A stretch of 64,000 bases of DNA from the NCBI RefSeq assembly GCF_009914755.1, contig NC_060927.1, one strand, 5' to 3'. Positions 17,918 through 32,694 of the stretch are shown one piece after another (position 1 is the stretch's first letter; every line of letters begins with the position of its first letter). The notes under the pieces are model-generated. The model was not told the DNA's origin. It searched no databases and saw nothing but the letters and a program-made list of their open reading frames with translations. The DNA is from the human T2T-CHM13v2.0 reference genome, Homo sapiens. The position numbers and the translations under genes were made by a program.

Positions 17918-18483
17918 GGCCAGGCTTGGTGGCTTACGCCTGTAATCCCAGCACTTCGGGAGGCTGAGGTGGGCGGATCACTTGAGGTCAGTAGTTTGAG
18001 ATCAGCCTGGCCAACATGGTGAAACCCCGTCTCTACTAAAAATACAAAAATTATTCGGGCATGGTAGTGTGCGCCTGTAATCCCAGCTACTCGTGAGGCT
18101 AAGGCAGGAGAATTGCTTGAACCTGGAAGGTGGAGGTTGCAAATTCCCCTGCTCCGTCTCCCATCATTTCCACCTGCCTTGCTCCATACAGGCCACACTG
18201 GCCTCCACATGTCCCCTAAGCAAGTTCAGTGTGTCCCCGCTGTCCCCAAAGCCTTTGTACCTGCTGTTTCTTCTTGGCACCCTGTTTTCCCGGATACTTG
18301 CACAATTTGTTCCTTCACTTCATCTTTGCCTCTGTTCAAATGTCACCTCCTAGAAACCTCTGATTATCCTATCTACAACAGGAGTCCCCATCATTCTCTC
18401 CCCTGTGCCCTACACTACCAGGATTGTGCCACTACACTCCAGCCTGGGTGACAGAGTGAGACTCGTCTCAAAAAAAAAAAAAA
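17918..18483 (+). mobile_element. Alu (S-type) interrupted by a 277-bp templated insertion
   Basis: Alu runs 17918-18141, resumes at ~18418 and continues to poly-A; degenerate TSD gaaatgtcccttag/gcagtgtcacttag. Confidence 0.92.
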
Positions 18484-19312
18484 GGCAGTGTCACTTAGGG
18501 CAGACAACTAACACCTTGCAACAGGCAAAGTCAGGCTGGTTGTGAGCTCAAGACAGCTGCAAAGGGGTGCAGTAGCCAATTGTCTTGGTTTCCAGGGACT
18601 CTCCCTGTTTCAACACCGAAAATCTCATGTTCCAGGAAAACTCTGTCTTGGGCAAACCAGGATATTGGTCATCCTACTGGGAGCCCAGAGTGAAAAGGAG
18701 CTGCCTCTGCAATGCTGGTGTTCATCACTATGGGTAATGATCCCAGGATAGCAGTGTTCTGGAAGTGTGGCCCAAATGTGGCTGTTTAGCTTTTTCAAGC
18801 ACAAAGCAAAATATTGACTCATTCACTTACTCCTTCCATTCAACAGTGTTTATTGGGCATCTACTACATACATTTGGCAGGCACAGTTCTAGGTGCGGAG
18901 ATTTAATGGTGAATGGAACAGAGAAAATCTCTGTGCTTGTGAAATTTACATTTTAATGGAAGGGACAGATGATACCCAAATGTAAGACATAGATCTATAA
19001 TGAGAACTCTTGATAAGTACTATGAAGAAAAATAATGCAGGGCACAGTGGAGAGAATGATGGGGACTCCTGTTTTAGATAGGATAATCAGAGGTCTCTAG
19101 GAGGTGACATTTGAACAGAGTCAAAGATGAAGTGAAGAAACAAATTTTGCAAGTATCCGGGAAAACAGGGTGCCAAGAAGAAACAGCAGGTACAAAGGCT
19201 TTGGGGACAGCGGGGACACGCTGAGCTTGCTTAGGGGACATGTGGAGGCCAGTGTGGCCTGTATGGAGCAAGGCAGGTGGAAATGACGGGAGACGGAGCA
19301 GGGGAATTTGCA
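18138..19312. repeat. Inverted repeat with 277-bp arms (18138-18414 and 19036-19312) and ~620-bp spacer
   Basis: Manual alignment shows 10 mismatches and no gaps; near-identical ORFs 18113..18451(+) and 19074..19391(-). Confidence 0.95.
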
Positions 19313-19340
19313 GAGGGACCAGCTCACTTAGGAGTGCTTG
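18820..19340 (-). mobile_element. L2 fragment (donor of the inverted copy)
   Basis: cattcaacagtgtttattg...caggcacagttctagg...ggaggtgacatttgaacagag...ggccagtgtggc. Confidence 0.75.
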
Positions 19341-22080
19341 CTTCCACAGGTGTAACAAAGACATAGCTATAAAGCCTGCCCTGAAGGACACACAGTGGTT
19401 CCTCTGGAGTCTGTAGTTGGAAGGAAGGTTAACTTTCCTTGTACATTCCTTTGGATGCTTTCCTTTTTTTTTTTTTTAATTATGTGCATGAATTACTTTT
19501 TAAAGGTCTAGTAAATAGCTTAAAATACCTTAAAATAATAAAAATGGTTTGATAATTTTAAAGTAATGAATAAAAAGTTAAAGTTGCAGCTGGGGTGCAG
19601 TTGGAAGGGAGAGCCTCAGACTGTCTGCGTTGGGCCACCCTGGTGACAGGGCTGCCCGGGCAGCAGGACTTGAGCTCAGGGACTGTGGTGGCTTTGAGTA
19701 AACAGAAACCCAGAGTTAGGGTCCTACCACAGAGGACAAGAGCCCAGCCTCTGCCAGCGTCCTCCAAGGGCAGGAAGCTGGCCTTACTGACACTGATTTG
19801 AAAAGAACAAATAGTCACAGATTCATCCTAGATCTTTTAAGATTTAACCATTAGCCATCTTGGCCTGGCTAATGCTGAGTGAAATTCTCTCACAGGCAAA
19901 AAACTGGGGTAGGTAAAATTTCCACTCCCATCCCCCAGTTGCCCCAGCTGTGGGTTCTGTGGTCCTAATGGGACAACATAGAGAAGCTCGAAATAAGTTT
20001 GCAGTGGCCGGGCCCCTCCAGAAGGAAAACATGAATTTAGAAAGCTTCTGGAGAGGGTTGGGGTAGGATGGGGAGAGGTTGCAAATAATGAAATAAACAC
20101 CAGTCCCAAATGGGACCTGCAGGCCTCCAGGGATGAGCCTGCCCCGCCTCTTGGAGAACAAAGATGACTAACAGCTTCCTAAAATATTAAGGAACTTTCC
20201 ATGAGGGTTGTTAAATTGACCTACACCTTTATTCCCCAGACACATTTTTTAAAGGAGGGTGGGGTTAGTGGTACAACGTTTGTGAAGCATGATTCCGGCT
20301 TTGCAGAGAGATGAAGAGAAGCTCCCCACCCCTCCCTGTGTGCACAGCAGAATGTGGGAGAGTCCACAGAGCATTCCCTCAGCCCTTCCCTCCCCCGGGG
20401 CTTCTCTCCCTTGGCTCCCCGGCTCCCCAGCTCCCCATTGTGAGGTTCTCACCGCCTTGCAGAGCCAGGGTCCTCTCCACAATCATGTTTTCCAAATGAC
20501 AACCCCAGGGAAGAAAAGGGAGGTGTCAGGGGGCTTACTGGAAGCCCCATTCTTGCCCCTACCCTTCACCCTGCATATCTCATAAAGTGAGGATTGCAGC
20601 AGTGATCTTGCTTAGGCTGGCCTGTTCTCAGGCTGGCAAACCCACCAGAAGACTGGGACACCTATGACTATAATCCTCCCAGTCCCACGTTTCTCCCCAC
20701 TTCTGCTTCAAATGCGAGACCTCAAGATTCCCACATAGAGAAGTTGGATTGCCTTAAAAAATGGTGGTCTTCTATATATTTGTTTTACTTCAATTAAATA
20801 AAAAAGGTGAAAAAGAAAAAACTTAGTGGGCAAAGCCCTGGCCTGCTGTCTCACACCTACTGTGTGCCAGGCACTGTTCTGGACACAGGGATTCATCACG
20901 TCCCAGCACTCACAGAGCTTATGTTCTAGCAAGGGAGACAGACAATAAGCAATAACTCCAATAAATAAGTGCATTCTTGTAGTGTAATGGCAGTGAGTCC
21001 TGTGGGGAAAAAGTGGGAGGGATTGGGAGGCCCAGGCTGGAGCAGGACCTCAGTGGTCTCCTCTAGGTTAAAACAGATCACACTCAACTAGTGTGTCCTA
21101 GGAACTGAAGATGCTGGTAAAGTTAATTCCCTTCCACTTTTCTGTGCCTAAAAATTCTCATTACTGACAGTGTGAAATTCAGTATTTACATGCAACATGC
21201 ACACGGCAGCTAAAGGTTGAACAGAGGTGAGCAACGTAAGAAAACCATCACCACGGTTAGGATCTCATTTTGGGTTGTATGGCAAAGGGCAATATTTATC
21301 AAATTAATTAAGATATTCCATAATTGTACCTTTCATTATGTATCAATCTAAAGCAAGTTTCCAGCACTGGTAGGAAATACAAGACTAAGTGATGTGTGCC
21401 TGTGAATTCATGATCTTAGAGCCCTTTTTAAAGTATGTATTGATCTAGGTGGGTTACCTAGGTGTATACATATGAAAAAAACTCATGGAGCTATAGCTTA
21501 AGATCTGCACATTTTTAATATATGTAAATTATATCTCAGTGAAAAAGGAAAGATAGCTGTGGTTACCATGGACCTCAGGTTCAGGCACTGCTCAGATGCT
21601 GGCAGTTCATGAGCACTCACACTGCAGTGGGAGGGGCCGTGAGCACAGCAGGACAGATTCTCAGAACATGGGTGCAGGTCTGGGACCAGGGGAATCTGCC
21701 CAGGGATGCCTGCATCATGCAGCAACCCCCAGCATTCGAGAGATGGACGTGGACCAGCCTGTAATCACACTGCCTTTATTGCTATTCCTGCCTCTCCTTG
21801 AAGGCACTTGGGCTGATGGGGGAACAAAATACCCATACAGCAAATAACTGGAGAGCAAGTCTGGGCAAGGCCACCAGGTTTCAGGGACAACGCTCTTATC
21901 CCTGCCAAGGAAAGCACATCTTCCCTGCTTCCTGGCTTCTAGGACAGGCAGCAGCTGAGTCCTTGAGGTCATGGGGTAGTCACGGGCTAGGTAGGCAGTA
22001 GCTGTTTGCACCCAGAAAGACAGCTGGCTGAGTGGACTTGGTAATGCCCTGTCATCTCCATCTCATTCTGTATCTGTCTC

Positions 22081-22261
22081 ATTTATTTATTTACTTGCTT
22101 GTTATTTATTTATGTATTCATTCATTCATTCATTCATTCATGTTTTAGAGACAGGTTGCACTATGTCGCTAGACTAGATCCAAACTCTTGTGCTCAAGCA
22201 ATCCTCCCACCTCAGCCTCCTGAGTAGCTGGGATAACAGGCATGCGCCACCATGCTGGGCC
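22081..22261 (-). mobile_element. FLAM/Alu monomer with (TTTA)n/(TTCA)n tail
   Basis: gagacagg...ctcaagcaatcctcccacctcagcctcc. Confidence 0.75.
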
Positions 22262-22614
22262 TATCTCTATCTCTTTACCTCTCTGTGTGTGAGTCTCTGT
22301 ATCTCTCTACCCCCGAGACACACCCGAGATTCTACACATTCTTACCAGACGCCTAGCAACCATCTCAGGATGCCCAGAGTCCCAGGCAGCCCACCGCCTG
22401 CTGTGCACACATGGTGAGACCCTGCACACACATCCAGAACCAACAGAAACTGTAGTGGGATAGTTGTTTTCATAGTAAAGCATGCCTCTTGGAAGGATGA
22501 TCTCTAGGCATGGTTGTGAGGCTGGAGTATGAGGGCTTGAGTGATCCCAGCACATGCAGATGGCTGTCCCTGCTCTCAAGCACTCACCAGGCTGCCTTGT
22601 GTTCTTCTCCACAG

Positions 22615-22697
22615 GAGGCAGTGTCGCATTGCCCTGAAGAAGGCCAACTGGCCCGAATCCAAAATGTTATCCAGGAGCTTCCTCCATCCCACTATAG
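22615..22697 (+). CDS. ARHGAP31: ARHGAP31 exon 4
   Basis: ccacag|GAG acceptor and AG|gtaag donor; 83 nt encoding EAVSHCPEEGQLARIQNVIQELPPSHY(R); phase matches neighbouring exons. Confidence 0.96.
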
Positions 22698-23417
22698 GTA
22701 AGAATGGTTGGGAAAAGAAACGTGTGGCCTCTCAATGCAGTGTAATACCAAAGAGACAGGCTGGCATCATGGAAAGGAAACAATGTGTGGACAGTAGCAA
22801 GTTTAGGCTTTCCCAAGGGCATTTTGAAGTTGGTGAACAGGTCACTATTATCAAAGTGAGTTGGTGTCTGACCAGGGACATTGGCAGCAAGGAGAAGCCA
22901 GTCTCCAAATCACCTGCAGAACACCCCTCAGAATCTCTCAGGAAGTCATTCCAGTGATGCATACTAGCCTCTTGGTGGCATTCTTGGTTCATACCCAGAT
23001 TTGTAGCATAACCAAATCTATGGCAACCAAGATAGCTTTTCAACAGGGGTTGACTGTGGGCTCTTGAGCATTGGCTGATTGTTCTATTTGCTCATTAGTA
23101 CCATCCCTACCATCATCCCCCACCCTTTCATTTCATTCTCACAGTTTAGCCCCTAATGTTGCCACCTTTCCCAGTGTTCCCTATGCCTGCCCATCTTTTA
23201 CAAGGGGGCAGATTTTGATGTGGTATAAGAAGGAACTTCCTAGCAATAATAAATGTTGTTTATCCATGAAATTAGCTCCCTAACAAGTACCAAGATCCCT
23301 GTAGCTGGGAGAATTTTTATTAAAACGAGCCTAGATGAGAGCCTATTTCAAAACTGCTTGGAGGCCATCCTGCCCTGGTTGAAAGGACGAACAAATGGCC
23401 ACTAAGAGCCTCCAGGC

Positions 23418-23824
<407 letters not shown>

Positions 23825-24002
23825 TCAATGTGCCTAGGGCCAAGAAAATTACTTCTGTCAATCTTGACATCTTTCCAATGTCAATTCATTAAAATAGAAA
23901 TATTTAGAGTCTCTTAAATCCAAACTTAGAAATTATCTCCATATGTCAGGCTTCACACGGGCACTGAAGTTTCTTACTTTGTCAAAAAACAAACCATTCT
24001 AG

Positions 24003-24110
24003 GACCTTGGAATACCTGATTCGACACCTGGCCCATATCGCCTCCTTCAGCAGCAAGACCAACATGCACGCCCGGAACCTGGCCCTGGTGTGGGCGCCAA
24101 ACCTCCTCAG
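24003..24110 (+). CDS. ARHGAP31: ARHGAP31 exon 5 (RhoGAP NxMxxxNLAxVWAPNL motif)
   Basis: ttctag|G acceptor and CAG|gtaacc donor; 108 nt encoding TLEYLIRHLAHIASFSSKTNMHARNLALVWAPNLL(R). Confidence 0.97.
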
Positions 24111-24794
24111 GTAACCACTCTACCCTCCCCTTGTCACCAGCCCAGGGGGCTCAGAGCAGCCCCCGATTGAAATGAAGATTGGATTCTTCAAATTGAAGCC
24201 CCTTTAAAACAAATCTGTGGCTTAAGTGGTCATTTATAGCACATATGAATTAAAGGTGATTTAGGTGATAATAGCCTAAGCTCTCTGCCTGCTAACTTGG
24301 AAACTCTGAGTTCTGAAGACATTTTTGGCTACAGCTACAATATGGCTGAACTTATGGGTCTGTATGTTAAAATTTCTTGAAAAGGCCTTTATTGTTTTGG
24401 GGGCTCACTGCCTTGTTTTGGTGGAGTCACAGCTGGCTACAACCAGAATCAGCTGCTCCATATGATTTCATAAATAATGACCTGCTCCATAGAACAGTTA
24501 GGTGGGAGTGGAAAGGCATACTATAAAGGAAACAAAAGTCAATTTCTGTATGTTTACAGGATAGTGTTTATAGTATTGCAATGTAGAGTACCTGGTAACT
24601 GTTTCAAATTTGTTCAGTTTATTGGGCTTCACAGCCTTTGGAGAGTTCCTTTAATTGGCCCTAAATAATTAAAATATTCTATGAACTGTATCAATTTAGG
24701 AGATGAGCCTTGTGCAAAAGGCCCACTGGCTCCTCTTGCTGCTTCAGGTTGTAAGGCAAACTCACTAACTGAATATGTTTCTTCCACACGGTAG

Positions 24795-24937
24795 GTCTAA
24801 AGAAATTGAAGCCACTGGTTGCAATGGAGATGCAGCCTTCCTTGCAGTCCGGGTCCAGCAGGTGGTGATTGAGTTCATATTGAATCATGTAGATCAAATC
24901 TTTAACAACGGTGCACCTGGGTCTCTGGAGAATGATG
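24795..24937 (+). CDS. ARHGAP31: ARHGAP31 exon 6 (end of RhoGAP domain)
   Basis: Branch-like CACTAAC at 24763-24769, ggtag|G acceptor and G|gtaagg donor; 143 nt encoding SKEIEATGCNGDAAFLAVRVQQVVIEFILNHVDQIFNNGAPGSLEND. Confidence 0.95.
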
Positions 24938-25598
24938 GTAAGGACTCCTCCTAGCATACACTCCACCAGCTTATCCTTCTTTCTTGCAACTAGTGGTGGG
25001 ACTCAACAGAAAGTGAGGGTGGGCTTAGTTCTAGCTCTGAGTGTTGGCTGTGTGTATGCTGACTACTGTGTGTCAGTGTCTGAGGATCGTGCATATATAC
25101 ATCTGTAAATGTGGAGTGAAGCTATGGTGTGTTTGCATGTGGCTTTAGCATGTTTCTAATCAGTTACATACATGGCCTATCCTGTGAATGTGGTATGGTG
25201 AAATAGAAGTAGAATAATGTTCTACTAGTTATAGTGAGTTCTTAAACTCCAGGTTATTTTCCAAAAGAGGTACTGCCAGCATTCTTCTCATTGACTGTTA
25301 GACTTCATCTTTACTTTCACTGTATTTCAGAAGACCCTTATGCCTTCACTTTGAAGTCTTAGAGGAACAAGTTAAGAGGCAGCATGTTCATACTCACACA
25401 TATATTCAGAATGCATTCTCTTCTCAAGAATTTCTTGAGTGCTTTGTTCTGCGCTATGCCAGGCAGTAGGCATACAAAAATGATTGTGTTTGTGGGCATC
25501 TTGTAATGAATATAATGAGCCCTAGGAGTGAATTAAACTCCCTTGAACCCAGTTGGTAAAGACCAGAAATCCAGCTGACCAAGAAGCTTGGTGCATGA

Positions 25599-25783
25599 GA
25601 GTGGTTTTCCAACATTAGTGTAAATCGAAATTACCTGAGGAGTTTGTTAAACCAAGGTTACTGGACATCATCCCCAGAGTTTCTGCTTTAATATGTTTGG
25701 AGTGTGGCTGATAATTTGCATTTCTAACAAGTTTTCAGGTGATGCTGATGCTGCTGTTCAGGTCCACACTTGGAGAATCACTG
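25599..25783. mobile_element. MER5A
   Basis: agtggttttcc...tttgcatttctaacaag...gatgctgatgctgctg...ttggagaatcactg. Confidence 0.75.
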
Positions 25784-25964
25784 GTGCATAAAAAACCATA
25801 TCTGCAATATATTTTTTAGCTGATCAAAGAACTCCTTTCCAGTTCATCCAATATTTTGGAAAAAACAGATATCAGAATAATCAGTTGCAATTAGTATCAA
25901 ATTTTGATTCCTGGTATAACTGTTCCCATCTCTACCCTGTCCTCTATGTAGTTTATGACCATTT

Positions 25965-27190
<1,226 letters not shown>

Positions 27191-27950
27191 TTCTTTTTTA
27201 TTTCAACTCTCCAGTTATAGATTTTTTTCTTTTAAACTATATAAAAACCTTTTTGAAAGTAAAAGAGAAGTAATATGCATACATTTATTCATTCACCCTT
27301 TTGAGCCCACAAAAAATTTATTGGGGATTTACTCTACAGCAGGAACTGTTGTAGGTATTCCACATGCAGCATTTCATTGATTTATTACAGCAAACATGAT
27401 AAAGTTGTTATCAACCTTATTTTATACATGAAGAACCAGAGAACCAGAATAGCTTAGTAACTTCCCAAAGCCACCTAGTAAGTAATTCGCTGCGTGTGGA
27501 CTACTGAACCCAAATCTTTTAGCCCATGCTCTTTCCTTAACTCTATTCTGCCTCTGTGAGGAAAAGAATATGAAAATAGATAACTAAATCATTGTGGAGA
27601 ACTAGGGTTTTTGGGAAATGTTCTTCTGGACAGCAAATCCCATCCATGACTGTTAATGTTAAGGCTGTTCCTAATTCCAACCTGAAAATGCCTTTTCTCT
27701 TTATGGCTATTGCCTTAACCATCTTTTTGTCCTGCATATTAAAATCCAGTTTACTCTTTAGCCTTTAACTCTTCATTGCCTCCAGTGCTTATTATTCACA
27801 TACATTTCATTTAAAGGTTCTTATTATAAATTCTTACTGACTTCAATAAATTGCCATACTTAATATTTACACAAAATGGAATAAGCCCTATTCTCTGGAA
27901 TTTTAGATTTGGACAGAGTTCTGCTTCAAACTGAAAAGATTTTAGAAGTT

Positions 27951-29317
27951 TTCTTAGTCCATTTGGGCTGCTATAAAAAAAATACCATGAACTGGTTAGC
28001 TTATAAGCAATAAACCTATTTCTCTCACTTCTGGAGGCTGGGAATTTCAAGATCCAAGGGCCGGTAGATTCAGTGTCTGGTGAGGGCCCATACACCACAG
28101 TCAGCACCTTCTCACTGTGTTCTCACATGGGGAAAGGTGAAACAAGCTCCCTTGGGCCTCTTTTATAAGATTACTAATCCCATTCATTAGGGCTCCACCC
28201 TCATGACCTAATCACCTCCTAAAGACCTCACCTCTTAATTCTATTGCTTTTGTAGGGACCAGCCCTACAGGGTCAGTGGGTCTCTCCCTGTGTGCGGCGA
28301 CGAGAGAGTGTAGAAATAAAGACACAAGACAAAGGGATAAGAGAAAAGACAGTTGGGCCCGGGGGACCACTACCACCAATGTGCGGAGACCAGTAGTGGC
28401 CCCAAATGTCGGGCTGCGCTGTTATTTATTGGATACAAGGCAGAAGGAGCAGGGTAAAGAATGTGAGTCACCTCCAACGATAGGTAAGGTCACGTGGGTC
28501 ACGTGTCCACTGGACAGGGGGCCCTTCCCTGCCTGGCAGCTGAGACAGAGAAGGAGAGGAGACAGAGAGACAGCTTATGCCATTATTTCTGCATATCAGG
28601 GACTATTAGTATTTTCACTAATTTACTACTGCTATCTAGAAGGCAGAGCCAGGTGTACAGGATGGAACATGAAGGCAGACTAGGAGTGTGACCACTGAAG
28701 CACAGCATCACAGGGAGATGGTTAGGCCTCCAGATAACTGCGGGCGAGCCTGACTGATGTCAGGCCCTCCACAGGAGGTGGAGGAGCAGGGTCTTCTCTA
28801 AACTCCCCCGGGGAAAGGGAGACCCCCCTTTCCCGGTCTGCTAAGTAGTGGGTGTTGTTCCTTGACACCTTTTGCTACCGCTGGACCACAGTCCGCCTGG
28901 TAACGGGCGTCTTCCCAGACGCTGGCTTCACCGCTAGACCAAGGAGCCCTTCTGCTGGCCCTGTCCGGGCATAACAGAAGGCTCGCACTCTTGTCTTCTG
29001 GTCACACCTCACTATGTCCCCTCAGCTCCTATCTCTATATGGCCTGGTTTTTCCTAGGCTATGATTATAGAGCGAGGATTATTATAATATTGGAATAAAA
29101 AGTAATTGCTACAAACTAATGATTAATGATATTCATATATAATCATATCTAAGATCTATATCTGGTATAACTATTCTTGTTTTATATTTTATTATACTGG
29201 AACAGCTCGTGTCCTCTGTCTCTTGCCTCGGTGCCTGGGTGGCTTGCCGCCCACAGCTTTGAGGATTCTATTTTAACATATGAATTTTGAGGGGACAGAA
29301 ACATTCACAGCATAGCA
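27951..29317 (-). mobile_element. MLT1A-type LTR split by LTR13
   Basis: cttagtccatttgggctgctata...catgacctaatcacctcc|...|acatatgaattttgagggg...catagca. Confidence 0.8.
28251..29255 (-). mobile_element. Full-length solo LTR13 (HERV-K13/HML-4 LTR)
   Basis: 1005 bp; minus-strand 5' end TGTGGGCGGCAAGCCACCCAGG; TG...CA termini; TSD GCTTT on both sides. Confidence 0.88.
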
Positions 29318-29389
29318 GAAGGCATTGAATCCAATACTTTTATTTGATAGATGAGAACACTGAGGCCAAAGAGATTGTGATATCTCTAA

Positions 29390-30990
<1,601 letters not shown>

Positions 30991-31571
30991 TAAACTTGGT
31001 CTTCTGACCCTGCAGTTTATGTTCTTCCCATTGTTGCAGTTGCTCCCAGAGTGAGTTAATGTATGTATTTATTTTTATGTATTTTTAAGCAAATACATAA
31101 TCACAAATAATCTAGAATATGTGAGAGTCTTTGAACAAATATTCAAAGTAGATTAAATTTAAATATTTTTAACCCTCTTTGGATCGGGTCAAAAGACTGT
31201 GTTAAAGTCAGAAAGTTTACTGAAAAGTTTTCAGGATCCCAGGCTATATTTAACAGTAGTCCTACTGAATTAGTGCCATCCATGCTAGTCCTCCCCAGAA
31301 ACACCCCATTGTCACATAACAGTTGTCTTCATTTTCTGTGAGGCCCTTTTTCAATGGTTTTACTTCTTCCCACCCACAGAGGGTCATGCTCTGCAAAGAG
31401 AAATAGTGCCATCAATCTGCTTTCTGAAAATACAGTGAGTCCTCCACCAAAAGTAATTTCAATTGGTCTAAATTATCCTTGAGTCTTTTTACTATTTCAG
31501 AAGTCATAGAAAACTGGCAAGGTCACCAAAAACTAAATAGAAGCAAACTTAGACTATTTTTTAACTTAGAT

Positions 31572-31801
31572 CAGCTTCACAACCTCAGCACTATTGATAT
31601 TGAGTGCTGGATGATTCTTATTGTGAGGCACTGCTCTGTGCATTGCAGGACGCTTAACAGCATCCCTGGCCTTTGCCTACTAGACACCAGTAGCACTGCC
31701 ACACACATTGATGACCATCAAAAATATCTCCAGACATTGCCAGATGTCCCTGGGTGTGGAGGGGAGTGGTACACAAAATCACCTCAAGGTGAGAACCACT
31801 G
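31572..31801. mobile_element. MER20
   Basis: aacctcagcactattga...cagcatccctggcc...tctccagacattgccagatgtccc...tgagaaccactg. Confidence 0.85.
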
Positions 31802-32495
31802 ACTTGGAGAAAAGAGATAATCCTGTGCATCAGCGATTGTCATCATCACTTCCATTCTTTAAAAAAAAAAATGCCATAGAATAGGAAAGGATCAGCTACA
31901 TACACTAGGAGACAACTGGGTAGTGAGTAAAAAAACCACAGGAAATAGTATAGGCTGTAAAATATCTTCCTGTGGCAGGGATATAAGCCTAGATGATCTG
32001 AAAAGTAGAGGTTCTAACTTGAAATGGCCTTGGAGCATGTGCTGTCCAGCTGTGGGGAGGAGAGGCAGCCTCCTGCCCTACTCTGGCAGTTAGGCTATCT
32101 CTGTGGCTGGACAGACATATTCCCATCTGGCCGAAGCACTGGGCAGAGTTTTCAGGAGTAAAGACTCATTGTTGTCACTCTGGCTCACAGTGAGTGTTCA
32201 ATAAATGTTTGTTATAGGAATGAATGAATGGATGAGTGAGTGGTCCCTCTCTGAAAAGTATGGAAGGTGCAGCTACCTCCTGAAGCCCCTGTTTGTCCTC
32301 TGGCAGGTCTGGCCAGGACAGTCATCAGTTTCCGGTGTGCAGCCTCAGCCCCAGGCCCCACCATGCCCAAGAGAAGCCAGGGTGGCACTCAGCCCCCATC
32401 ATAGGATCAAGAATGGAGGGACTGTGGATGGGGAATCTGGATGGATGTGATGGGCAGGCCTCCTCCAACACTGAGCTCTTCCATTGCCTTTACAG

Positions 32496-32694
32496 AAAAC
32501 CGGCCCATCATGAAGAGCCTGACCTTGCCAGCCCTCTCCCTGCCCATGAAGCTGGTGAGCCTTGAGGAAGCTCAAGCCCGCAGCCTGGCCACTAACCATC
32601 CTGCTCGCAAGGAAAGGAGGGAGAACAGCCTGCCTGAGATTGTCCCTCCCATGGGCACCCTCTTCCACACTGTCCTTGAGTTACCAGACAACAA
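32496..32694 (+). CDS. ARHGAP31: ARHGAP31 exon 7
   Basis: tttacag|AA acceptor and AA|gtaagt donor; 199 nt encoding NRPIMKSLTLPALSLPMKLVSLEEAQARSL...LELPDN(K). Confidence 0.96.

Noticed and set aside
18093-19391. Near-identical ORF pairs on opposite strands, suggesting a duplicated small gene
   Set aside because: A by-product of the inverted L2-derived duplication; no splice or promoter support, and the ORF ends differ.
22589-22617. In-frame upstream AG (+8 aa) and CAGGAG NAGNAG at the exon 4 acceptor
   Set aside because: The upstream AG sits directly after the likely branch motif CTCAC, and GAG acceptors are rarely used; no support from sequence alone.
28276-28691. 135-aa and 65-aa ORFs
   Set aside because: They lie entirely within the LTR13 solo LTR and show no retroviral protein similarity.
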